From positions 532,776 to 596,775 of the forward strand of contig CAZTXT010000001.1 of assembly GCA_964617735.1 (NCBI GenBank): a stretch of 64,000 bases of DNA. Reading direction: 5' to 3'. The notes below the pieces were generated by a model. It did not search any database and was not told the origin of the DNA. It was given only the letters and a program-made list of their open reading frames with translations. Positions 38,437 through 46,786 of the stretch are shown in pieces. A program made the translations under genes and the position numbers. Numbering within the stretch: the first letter of the stretch is position 1; every line of letters begins with the position of its first letter. The stretch comes from an uncultured Candidatus Saccharibacteria bacterium. Lineage in GTDB: Bacteria; Patescibacteriota; Minisyncoccia; Phycocordibacterales; DSPV01.

Positions 38437-38862
38437 CTAGTGCCGGAGAAGAAGAGCTGTCCCCGTGCTGGCCATCCCGATGAAAAGCGCGGTCGATGTG
38501 TATGCGATCGGAGCATGGAAACGGGCATTTTTCTCTCCGGTAAGCCAAAAATAGAGAACGAGGATACCGGAAAAGAATCCCAAAGCAAAGACCAGATGCG
38601 TCACGAAGAGTGGATCGAACCGCGCAATGCCACCAGACATCCGGACCGCGATCTCGATGAGCCCGATAAGACCTGCGGTGATAATGAGCAGAGCCCGCGC
38701 ATAGCGCTTATGGCGCCTGACTGAACCGGGCGTTCTCGCCCGTGCATTTTTGTTGCCGCTGATACCGAGGCAAACAATAAGGATCGAGATGCACCCGAGC
38801 CCAAAAAAAACGGCGATTTTGATCACGATGTTCACGACTTTCCTTTCTGTTGAAGTTCTCAA
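38437..38862 (-). CDS. 4-TM protein with three His, DUF420-like
   Basis: RRHKR, VTHLVFA, RFHAPI...STG; start uncertain. Confidence 0.5.
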   Translation of the reverse strand: MRTSTERKVVNIVIKIAVFFGLGCISILIVCLGISGNKNARARTPGSVRRHKRYARALLIITAGLIGLIEIAVRMSGGIARFDPLFVTHLVFALGFFSGILVLYFWLTGEKNARFHAPIAYTSTALFIGMASTGTALLLRH

Positions 38863-38892
38863 GAAAGTATATCGTCTCGCGGGAAAGGACGC

Positions 38893-38926
38893 AAAAAAGC
38901 CTGCGGTAGAGCACCGCAGGCTTTTT
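38893..38926. terminator. terminator after the GNAT gene
   Basis: AAAAAAGCCTGCGGT-AGAGC-ACCGCAGGCTTTTT. Confidence 0.75.
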
Positions 38927-38955
38927 GATTTTTTACTGGACGGAAGAATGTGGAT

Positions 38956-39693
38956 CTATTTTCCTCCGTGCACGTGGTTAGGCATCTTATGCCGAAAGCG
39001 CATTCTCGATTCTCGGACGAATTGACCGCGCAGGCGTGGCCAATCCTCTTTCATCACCGCCATACAGATAAGACCGTGGCGCTTACCTTCGATGAGGGCA
39101 TGATTCGGAAGGACCGTTTCTACGCGGAACCCGCACGCAAGATTACAGCTATAATTCGCTGTATTAGTCTCAACCATGAAGGAGGAGATCTTATCCAGGG
39201 CGAGCGTCTCGAACCCGAACCGCAGTATGAGCTGTTTCGCCTCTCGTCCATAGCCCCGACCGCGAAAGCCGGGAGCGATGATGGTACGGATCGTCCCTGT
39301 CAGATGAGAAAAACTCACCCGCAGAACGATGACTCCCACCAAAACCCCGTCTCTCCGCACAATCGAGAATACTATATCCTTGGGAGGACCCAGCTGATCC
39401 TGGGTATCCTTTACTAGAGGATCCATCAGCACAGATCTTGACCCTCCCATGACATTGAGCCATTCTCGATCAGGTTGCGGCAGCGTAGAAAAACGCCTTT
39501 GTAACGTCCGAAGCTCGATCGTCGGAACGATGGGGTCTTCGACGTTCATATTTTGGCGTGTTTCTGTATCGTCGAACCACGCGCCAATACGTTCGATCTC
39601 ATTCCCTTCAGGGGGGCGAATCGCCAGTCGTGGCCCTTTGAGGTGCAATAACGGCGTTTTCCGCAAGATCGAACGTTTGTGTATATCTTTCAA
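38956..39693 (-). CDS. RimJ/RimL-type GNAT acetyltransferase
   Basis: RLAIRP, FRGRGYGREA, FGFETLAL, N.....GF. Confidence 0.8.
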   Translation of the reverse strand: MKDIHKRSILRKTPLLHLKGPRLAIRPPEGNEIERIGAWFDDTETRQNMNVEDPIVPTIELRTLQRRFSTLPQPDREWLNVMGGSRSVLMDPLVKDTQDQLGPPKDIVFSIVRRDGVLVGVIVLRVSFSHLTGTIRTIIAPGFRGRGYGREAKQLILRFGFETLALDKISSFMVETNTANYSCNLACGFRVETVLPNHALIEGKRHGLICMAVMKEDWPRLRGQFVRESRMRFRHKMPNHVHGGK

Positions 39694-39761
39694 GTGATTT
39701 CACCACCTTTCTAAGTCCATTATAGCAATCGGGTGTATAATGCAAGCGATATACACGCATC

Positions 39762-39794
39762 TTCATGACTTTTTCATGGAGAAAGCTCTATCAT
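39762..39794 (+). promoter_or_regulatory. OmpR-type direct repeat plus -10 (site 2)
   Basis: TTCAT(39762)-N6-TTCAT(39773)-N11-TATCAT(39789). Confidence 0.65.
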
Positions 39795-39920
39795 TTTAAG
39801 TGCTCATAAAGATACAGAAGAAAAAGACAATCCCAGCAAGCCTAAAATCGGGGCGTGGGTTTTGTTTTGTGTCTTCCATTCAGCTGCCCGGGCACAGTGC
39901 CCCAGGTCTATGTAAACTCG

Positions 39921-40964
39921 ATGTCCGAGTCTGATTACAAAGAACTCCTTGACGAAGTGCTCGACGGGATCGTCGTCACTAACAGCGCGACTAAAGTGCT
40001 CTATGCCAATGCTGCGGCTGAACAGATATTGAAAGTGTCGCACGATAAACTCGCGCGTATAAACCTCGTCGACCTGGTGCACCCCAACGACCGTTCCAAA
40101 GTCAAAAAATACGCCGAAATCCTCAAAACGAAAAAGAGCATGGTCACGGTACGCAAGCTCATGCGCGGGGATGGCAAGTATATCTATATCGAACGCCGTA
40201 CCCGTCTTCTCCCCGACGGGTACCAACTCTCTGTATTCCGCGACATAACGGAACAAAAAGAATTCGAGCAACGGCGGGATATGTTCGTCTCGATCGCCAG
40301 TCACGAGCTACGCGACCCGCTTTCAAGCATCAAACTCTACACCAACCTTCTCTTGCAAATCTCACGGCACTGGCCCAATGCGACCGAGGCCGCAGATATA
40401 TTCGCAAAGATACAAAACCAGATCGACCGGCAGGCCATGCTCATCGAAGACCTGTTGAGCCTCTCGCGGATACAAACGGGTAAGCTCGCATTCCGCATGG
40501 ATTGGTTTAATCTCAAAAAACTCGTCGATGAAGCAGTCTTCCATATTCACTCGATAACCAAGCGGGTGTACAACGTCTCCGCCAAGGGGAACCCGCAGAC
40601 CCTGGTATTCGGCGATAAGAACCGTATCTATCAGGTGCTTATCAATCTGCTCTCGAATGCCGCGAAATATTCTTCCCCGCCGGATGAGATCCAGATTGCT
40701 GTGGAGGATCTTAAAGATTCACAGCGGGTGAGCGTGAAAGATAGCGGCGTGGGCATACGGAAAGAAGATATGGGTCGCATCTTCGAGCGGTATTATCGGG
40801 TCAACGAGGAGACGACTCCCGGCTTGGGCATTGGACTATTCCTTTCGCGCGAGATCATCGAACGACATGCCGGGACGCTCAACGTCAAAAGCACGCCGGG
40901 TGCCGGCTCGACATTCACCTTCACGGTCTCAAAGCAAGCTCAAGAGGAAATCTCCGAAAGCTAA
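39921..40964 (+). CDS. cytoplasmic PAS-domain histidine kinase (orphan)
   Basis: PAS (YANAAAE, VHPND, RDITE), SHELRDPL, NLLSNAAKY, GLGIGL. Confidence 0.92.
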   Translation: MSESDYKELLDEVLDGIVVTNSATKVLYANAAAEQILKVSHDKLARINLVDLVHPNDRSKVKKYAEILKTKKSMVTVRKLMRGDGKYIYIERRTRLLPDGYQLSVFRDITEQKEFEQRRDMFVSIASHELRDPLSSIKLYTNLLLQISRHWPNATEAADIFAKIQNQIDRQAMLIEDLLSLSRIQTGKLAFRMDWFNLKKLVDEAVFHIHSITKRVYNVSAKGNPQTLVFGDKNRIYQVLINLLSNAAKYSSPPDEIQIAVEDLKDSQRVSVKDSGVGIRKEDMGRIFERYYRVNEETTPGLGIGLFLSREIIERHAGTLNVKSTPGAGSTFTFTVSKQAQEEISES

Positions 40965-40977
40965 TTATGTAGCAGGG

Positions 40978-41433
40978 TTATTTCCCGTCGAACGCCTTTT
41001 TGAGCCCTGCGATATCGATCTTCTCCATAGCAAGCATCGCCTGCATGGCGCGATTCGCTTTTTCTCGATCGTCATCGCCGAGCATATCGCCGAGGGCGGC
41101 GGGAATTATCTGCCACGAGAGGCCATATTTATCCTTCAGCCATCCGCACTGCTGCGTCTTCCCTCCCACAGAGAGCTTTTCCCAGAAATAATCTACTTCT
41201 TTTTGGTCCTTGCAATCCACAAAGAGTGATATGGCTTCGGTGAACTTGAATTGAGGACCGCCATTGATGGCCTTGAATTCCTGCCCTTCCAATTCGAACG
41301 AAACGCCCATCGCATTGCCGTCCGGTCCGGGCATGACGGAGAGTATCTTGGAATTCTTAAAAATAGAGGTGTAGAACTTCGCCGCCGCTTCCGCCTCCGT
41401 ATTGAACCAAAGAAATGGAGTTACTTTTTGCAT
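40978..41433 (-). CDS. VOC/PhnB-like protein
   Basis: MQKVTPFLWF, CGWLKDKYGLSWQI. Confidence 0.9.
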   Translation of the reverse strand: MQKVTPFLWFNTEAEAAAKFYTSIFKNSKILSVMPGPDGNAMGVSFELEGQEFKAINGGPQFKFTEAISLFVDCKDQKEVDYFWEKLSVGGKTQQCGWLKDKYGLSWQIIPAALGDMLGDDDREKANRAMQAMLAMEKIDIAGLKKAFDGK

Positions 41434-41452
41434 AGGATTAGATTATGGTGGA

Positions 41453-41863
41453 TTACATCGCTTTGGGCTGAAGGATGCTCGCTACATTGCCTTCAGTGTC
41501 GATAAAAGTCGCGTACAAGCCTATGCCAGGGATCTCGTCCGGTTCTCCCGGCTTTTGCATGCCGCCGATCACCGTACCACCCGCTACTGCTATCTTTTTC
41601 ATGGCTTTTTGAATGTCACCAACGGCGATAGTGAGCCGCGTCGCCTGATCCGGTTTTGATTTCTCGTAAAAACCGCCATTGATCGCGCCGGGGTTCTTTA
41701 TCATCCTTTGCTCATCGGTCTCGGTTGTGGTCGCCAAAACGTAATTGCCCATTTCCGGTCCCAATTGTTTGGTTTCCCAGCCAAAAACATTTTGATAAAA
41801 ACTTACCATCCGATTTTTGTCCTCGTAGGGCATTTCAAAGTGAACTACTGAATTCATGCTCAT
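41453..41863 (-). CDS. VOC/glyoxalase family protein
   Basis: VVHFE, FYQNVFGW, GAINGG, DTEGN. Confidence 0.88.
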   Translation of the reverse strand: MSMNSVVHFEMPYEDKNRMVSFYQNVFGWETKQLGPEMGNYVLATTTETDEQRMIKNPGAINGGFYEKSKPDQATRLTIAVGDIQKAMKKIAVAGGTVIGGMQKPGEPDEIPGIGLYATFIDTEGNVASILQPKAM

Positions 41864-41987
41864 GATATTGATTATTTTATATAACTCGATCTTACTTAGA
41901 ATAGCTGAGTTGATCATGAAGAACAACTACGTTTTGCTGAAAGTAAGGAGCCAGTTTTATTTCAAGTGTCCAGAGTTTGCGAGATAT

Positions 41988-42323
41988 TTAAGCTAGTCCA
42001 GACTCAACTTCAGCGTGACAATTCTTACATAAAAGAATACATTTTCTCGCCTCATCTTCTAGACTTTTCCATGAATAGCTCAAGCCCTTAACGCTAAGAG
42101 AAAAGGTCTTTGAACTCCGTTTGGTGTGATGGAAATCAAGCGCTCCGGCATACTTACTATATCCGCAACGCGAACACTTACCCCCGAATAGACTTACCAA
42201 CTTCTCCTTTTTTCTCCTGCGATTCTCAATAACCCAAATTGATGCGCATTTATTGCATCGAATTCCACCATCCGTGCGTCTGAAATGTGGAGTGAGACCG
42301 TGGATTTTGCACACTCTCATCAT
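41988..42323 (-). CDS. free-standing HNH endonuclease with N-terminal Zn finger
   Basis: CKIHG...CNKC; GGKCSRCGY...ALDFHH...KCILLCKNCHAE. Confidence 0.85.
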   Translation of the reverse strand: MMRVCKIHGLTPHFRRTDGGIRCNKCASIWVIENRRRKKEKLVSLFGGKCSRCGYSKYAGALDFHHTKRSSKTFSLSVKGLSYSWKSLEDEARKCILLCKNCHAEVESGLA

Positions 42324-42387
42324 GAATAAGTATAACACCTCGTGTTATACCGGCCAACTCTTGTATGAATCAAATTCAGTTACATTA

Positions 42388-42411
42388 ACTATATCAACTG
42401 AGCTCCCCGGA
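42388..42411 (-). pseudogene. degenerate tRNA 5' fragment
   Basis: TCCGGGG-AGCTCAGTTGATATAG versus tRNA-type TCCGGGGTAGCTCAGTTGGTAGAG; no T-arm found. Confidence 0.45.
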
Positions 42412-42697
42412 TACACCTTACTTCGAACTTTCCATACCGGAAATGCAGATCGCAGCAACAGAAATCTACAACTTCTTTAAAAGCCTTCCCCGCCCCGACA
42501 CCGAGTATTTCTTTTTGCGTCGTAACTGAGCATACTCCCGGCTCAACCTGAGAAGAAGGAGGGTAACCTTGTCGTCGGAGGTAGAAGAAAACTTTCTGCG
42601 GTTAAAAATGCGAGACCTTGACCATATGCATTAGGCATGCTAATGTCCAGCGCGGCTCGGGGAATTCACCCCACCAGTTCAAAAGGAGAACATCCGC

Positions 42698-42982
42698 ATG
42701 AAATTCCAACTGATGGGTCTGGTTCAGTTCAATGAATCGGGCCCGCCCTCTGAACGAATGGAAGTTCGTACTATAAATGAAGTATTCCGGGTTCGTCCTT
42801 CCCCAAAGGCCCAACTCATGGGAGCCCGGAGGGCTCACAAAATCCTGCAGGAGTATCACCGGCGTTTTCATAAAAAACGCAATTACAGTCTCCACGCGCA
42901 GTTCTTCAGACTGAATCTGTACGCCACAGCCAGATCAGAAATGAGGAGCGGCAAGTCGTGCCTAGATTGGTTGAGCTCATAA
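42698..42982 (+). CDS. hypothetical protein
   Basis: AAGGAG SD upstream and a terminator directly after. Confidence 0.55.
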   Translation: MKFQLMGLVQFNESGPPSERMEVRTINEVFRVRPSPKAQLMGARRAHKILQEYHRRFHKKRNYSLHAQFFRLNLYATARSEMRSGKSCLDWLSS

Positions 42983-42993
42983 GCAACCAACCC

Positions 42994-43030
42994 AAGCTCC
43001 CGGCAATTGCATGCCGGGAGCTTTTTTATT
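42994..43030 (+). terminator. intrinsic terminator
   Basis: AAGCTCCCGGCA-ATTGCA-TGCCGGGAGCTT-TTTT. Confidence 0.8.
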
Positions 43031-43167
43031 TCCGACATTGCTAACCCCAGACCAGGGTGTTACTGGCCGATAAACGCCTTTTGGCAAGCTTTGGCTCAAA
43101 CCCACAGCATGAAGCCGAAGAGTGTAAACGCGGTTGCAAAAACTTCTCAATTGCTTACTATCAAACA

Positions 43168-43788
43168 ATGTGGCGAAAATACCAGAAGCTCATTCTGTTT
43201 GGAATTGCTCTCGCGGTTTGCATTTTCTTAGTCATTCGCCTCACCATATTTTTTGCACCTCCAATTCCAGAACCACTCAAGGACACGACCGCGGCCAAAA
43301 TCGATACTGCTGACTGGCAGACCTGTCGTAACGAGAAGGCAGGCTACGAGTTCCGTTACCCGAAAGATTGGTTCGTATACGGAGAAGGAGCACAGTCAAC
43401 CGGAGACTTTAGTCTTATCGCCACGACAACATGTACTGGCTTCTACGTTTGGGTACTCGATCAACCTCCTCCCATATCTGAATTTCCGACTGTAGGCGTT
43501 AACATTGCAGATGAGAGCGAAGAATATGTCCATTCCCTTCACAACGTTCCCGGGGGTCCAGGAGTCACTAACGAGAGTATACTTAAAGCCTACGCTAGAA
43601 CTACCGCCGGAGCTAGAAGCGGCAGTTGGGTGACCATCGACCATAGCCGGTTTCTCGCGTATCCTGCTCGAGGATCAACCGAGTACTCTACGATTCTCGC
43701 CGGTAGGCTCTACTCGATTTTCCCGTTTCCCGAGTTGGACCCGCAGCTATTCAAGGCGATTCTTTCCACTTTCAAGTTCTTGCGATGA
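43168..43788 (+). CDS. membrane-anchored PsbP-like-motif protein
   Basis: N-terminal TM; DTADWQTCRNEKAGYEFRYPKDW and C-terminal ILSTFKF, a pattern common in CPR surface proteins. Confidence 0.7.
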   Translation: MWRKYQKLILFGIALAVCIFLVIRLTIFFAPPIPEPLKDTTAAKIDTADWQTCRNEKAGYEFRYPKDWFVYGEGAQSTGDFSLIATTTCTGFYVWVLDQPPPISEFPTVGVNIADESEEYVHSLHNVPGGPGVTNESILKAYARTTAGARSGSWVTIDHSRFLAYPARGSTEYSTILAGRLYSIFPFPELDPQLFKAILSTFKFLR

Positions 43789-43798
43789 TCTCTAATTG

Positions 43799-44069
43799 CT
43801 ATCGGACGCTACGCCAGAGTGGCTGGTTATCTTGGCCGTCCACGGGTGATGGGTCCGCTCCCTGCGGGCCCAGCCACCCATACGGATCGACTCGTTGATT
43901 TCCCTTTTTCACCGTAAAGTGTAGATGATAGTTTACACCCTCAGGACTATTGTAGTAATTCCCACAGTAACCAAGGTGCTGACCTTGCGTAACTGTTGAG
44001 CCATTAGTCAGCCAAAGACGTCCGCAGACCGGATAGTTAGTGTTCTGCCCAGACTATCAGCCCAAGCAT
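43799..44069 (-). pseudogene. M23 peptidase remnant
   Basis: hand translation GSTVTQGQHLGYCGN...YHLHFTVKKGNQRVDPYGWL; frame has no start codon; upstream LIVWAEH*LSGLRT in another frame. Confidence 0.7.
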
Positions 44070-44100
44070 ATCTCCACTTTTTAGTCAGGCTGTAATACTC

Positions 44101-44128
44101 TTGACATAGATTATAGGCGTGATATAAT
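44101..44128 (+). promoter_or_regulatory. consensus sigma70 promoter
   Basis: TTGACA-N16-TATAAT with extended TG. Confidence 0.75.
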
Positions 44129-44246
44129 CAATAAAGATGGAGGGCATTGTACTAAGTAGAGAAACCTCGGTTGGCAGACAGAACGCCACGTGCATGGTGT
44201 ACGCGGAGTTCTGCACTGCCAATCAGCCAACGAAAGGAATTCAACT

Positions 44247-44687
44247 ATGCTTAGTTCCCAATCATTAGCGCTACTGACCCCGAACTCAAATGACAGTCAG
44301 GGAGAAGTTGCGTGGAAGCGCCTCTTCTTACTCACGCTCCCTCGTTTGTCGCTGGACGAACGGCGTCAATTTGGTGAGCTCGTCTCCTCTGTCTGCAGGG
44401 AAGAAGCCCGCCGTCAGTTGGAGAGTCATGTGAGTTTTTCGCATGTAAGTAAGATTTGCGAACTTCACCATCAGCAGCAACAGGCCTGTTGCCGATTCAT
44501 CAAGGATCTGCTGCGAAACGGTATGCGGCGCCACCCCGAGTTCTTCAGGTCTTACCAAGAAACCTTCCAACGGCTTTGCGCCGAGGTTTACGTTGAGCCG
44601 CCATCCGAACAGGAGATAGGTGACGAAGCTGTTAAGGAATTCGAACGGCTCTGCGGTGGGTCACCGTCGCACACAATGAGGTCATAA
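44247..44687 (+). CDS. hypothetical protein
   Basis: AAGGA SD, promoter upstream, terminator downstream. Confidence 0.6.
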   Translation: MLSSQSLALLTPNSNDSQGEVAWKRLFLLTLPRLSLDERRQFGELVSSVCREEARRQLESHVSFSHVSKICELHHQQQQACCRFIKDLLRNGMRRHPEFFRSYQETFQRLCAEVYVEPPSEQEIGDEAVKEFERLCGGSPSHTMRS

Positions 44688-44723
44688 GTGCGGGTCGAAG
44701 TTTTTGGGTCAGTCGCGCGACAA

Positions 44724-44749
44724 GGGGTGCCCACGGGCACCCCTTTTTT
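44724..44749 (+). terminator. intrinsic terminator
   Basis: GGGGTGCCC-AC-GGGCACCCC-TTTTTT. Confidence 0.8.
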
Positions 44750-44832
44750 CTATGTTAGGCAAGTATCGGCCCGTCAAGGCGAGGAAGAGCTTGCAGTAAG
44801 TGGCTGGGTGAAGAATGAATTGGCTCGCCCAG

Positions 44833-45363
44833 CTATAATGTCTTACAGTTTTGCTGTTCACCTCCAAGCGTCGGGGATATCTCATCCAGAAAATTGTACG
44901 AATTGTCGTCAGAAAATCCTAGCGACCTGAGTCGAGCTCGATACCCCTGAATTTCTTTATTTTGATACGTGATACAAAGATAATACGCAAATTGAGCATC
45001 AAAAAGCCCATACGAAACCATGCCAGCCCTGCTCATTGTCCAAATATCAGAGAGGAGGTTGAGGTAGTCATCGATTACATAATCGTCGAACCTTCCTCCA
45101 TTGGCAATTAGTAACGTGCCCCTGTCGTATAGATACTGTTCCTCGATTGCCTTACTTACCTCCCGATACTTAGGATTATCGAAAAACGTGCGATCGTAGT
45201 CATAAATAAACTGACGTTGAGCAACACGTTGATCAATGAGCTTGCCCGCATAAAACGAGAACGCGGTGCTAATAACGCTCGATATCAGAATGGAAATTAA
45301 GATTTCTCGAGCAATAGATGCCCGCTCATGTGACCAATACCTCTCGAACTGCTTCAAAAACAT
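44833..45363 (-). CDS. hypothetical protein with N-terminal TM
   Basis: ~176-aa ORF, one TM then a Tyr/Asp-rich helical region. Confidence 0.6.
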   Translation of the reverse strand: MFLKQFERYWSHERASIAREILISILISSVISTAFSFYAGKLIDQRVAQRQFIYDYDRTFFDNPKYREVSKAIEEQYLYDRGTLLIANGGRFDDYVIDDYLNLLSDIWTMSRAGMVSYGLFDAQFAYYLCITYQNKEIQGYRARLRSLGFSDDNSYNFLDEISPTLGGEQQNCKTL

Positions 45364-45506
45364 AGTCTCCAAAAGAGTGCTTACTTTCCAACGCGCTGGA
45401 GAGTTTTCATCCTGCCATCATCACCTTAATGACATAATGTTGCCTATATCTAGCCCTAGTAATCCACAGGGCCTTGCTTTATGGAGGCAATTCGGCTAGA
45501 ATTTAC

Positions 45507-46112
45507 TTACGTTACCTCGCCGGGCTTTGCGCCCGGTTTTTCCGTTTTTGGATCGACCCTTTGTGGAGAGCGCTCGATTTCGGACCTAATCGAATCCAGA
45601 CTGACAAACCATGAAGCTGTCCGGATTTCCCAGGCACAATTGTTCTCGTAAGCCAGAAACTTTATATGCTTCTGCCTCTTTAGTACGTTGTCTTTAGTTC
45701 GAATGAAATCGCTGTCGCCACTCACAAGATAAACGATATCGATATCTTCAAGATCAGCCATTATCTCGTCATGCATCTCAACATCAAAGTTGCACTTATT
45801 TCGGAACCCTAACGGCGATGAGGGGTCCCGGAGCCTCTTTAAATCTTTAGCGGTAACTGTATATCCTATTCTTTTAAAGTACTTTTCCAGAGCTTCACTG
45901 ATGGTTTTGGCAGGTTCATATCGGGGTCTACCCTTGTATATTCGTGCATGGACAATGGTATTTAGCTGAGCGACCCATTTGTAGAGCTTTTTGTAATCGG
46001 TCATCCATCCCGTCGCCTTACCCCGCTTGTACAAATTAGCGTCATCAACATACAGGCCTACTTTAGGCTTTGCTGGAAGTTTTATGGGGAGTGGTTGCTC
46101 CGAAGCGGACAC
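45507..46112 (-). CDS. NYN/LabA (DUF88) PIN-fold protein
   Basis: YVDDANL, KCNFDVEM, LVSGDSDF. Confidence 0.88.
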   Translation of the reverse strand: MSASEQPLPIKLPAKPKVGLYVDDANLYKRGKATGWMTDYKKLYKWVAQLNTIVHARIYKGRPRYEPAKTISEALEKYFKRIGYTVTAKDLKRLRDPSSPLGFRNKCNFDVEMHDEIMADLEDIDIVYLVSGDSDFIRTKDNVLKRQKHIKFLAYENNCAWEIRTASWFVSLDSIRSEIERSPQRVDPKTEKPGAKPGEVT

Positions 46113-46243
46113 ACCTCAAGTTTAACATATAGCTAATAGAGAGCACCAAGGGACAGCTGGCAAGCCTTTGCCTCACCCGGCAAATTGTCCCGTCTTTTGC
46201 GCTTTTGCGCTCCGACTACACTAACCAATTAGGAAAGTGACTT

Positions 46244-46432
46244 ATGAGCCGCAGCGCTTTCCTGTCGGACTCGTCCTCCGGCCGCGGACATGCTACTCCC
46301 TTGTACCCCGAACCAAAGCACGTGCTGGCCGAGCGAATCAGTCAACGGTTACGACTGATTTCCGATCAGCTTACGTCTCTTGAAGAGATCCTCCTCGACA
46401 TCGAGGATATGTTGGATCCCTTCATGAGATAG
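46244..46432 (+). CDS. small hypothetical protein
   Basis: 62 aa, AGGA upstream, coiled-coil-like C-half. Confidence 0.35.
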   Translation: MSRSAFLSDSSSGRGHATPLYPEPKHVLAERISQRLRLISDQLTSLEEILLDIEDMLDPFMR

Positions 46433-46498
46433 TTCTATGGTTCGATTATCCTGCTCCTGGTCAGCAGAACTCGTTGTTACTATGGTATATCCTCTGAA

Positions 46499-46786
46499 CT
46501 CCGGGAGCAGGATTCGAACCTGCGACCAATCGCTTACACGTTATCCATTGTTACCAATGGCGTGGACTATATCACCGCCTTAGCAAATAAGCTTTAGGCG
46601 CCCCGGTATCTAGTCTCTACGGCGCCCCCGATTCGAAAATCAGGGTTCCCACGGTATTGCCCGATCCTACATTGCTTTACAATTGGATTTTGGGTTCCAC
46701 CGTTATCCCGGAGTTTTTCAATCCACCTTTCAGTGGAAAGCTGCAATTCCTTACAGGCGACTGCTCTACCGCTGAGCTATCCCGGA
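46499..46786 (-). tRNA. trnN: tRNA-Asn(GUU), intron-containing (exons 46786-46753 and 46536-46499)
   Basis: spliced UCCGGGA UA GCUC AGCGGUA GAGC A GUCGC CUGU|UAA GCGAU UGGUC GCAGG UUCGAAU CCUGC UCCCGGA G; all four stems pair; CCA not encoded. Confidence 0.93.
46537..46752 (-). ncRNA. group I self-splicing intron (216 nt, no ORF)
   Basis: exon ends in U, intron ends in G; P1 CUGUAA-GGAA-UUGCAG with U.G at the splice site; R GUAGAGACUAGA (46609-20); S GAUAUAGUCC (46564-73); P2 GAAA and P9 GUAA tetraloops. Confidence 0.92.

Noticed and set aside
42602-42895. 97-aa - strand ORF
   Set aside because: The overlapping + strand ORF has the SD and terminator
43800-44070. GC-rich hairpins suggesting tmRNA or another ncRNA
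   Set aside because: No T-arm or CCA end; better explained as an M23 pseudogene on the - strand
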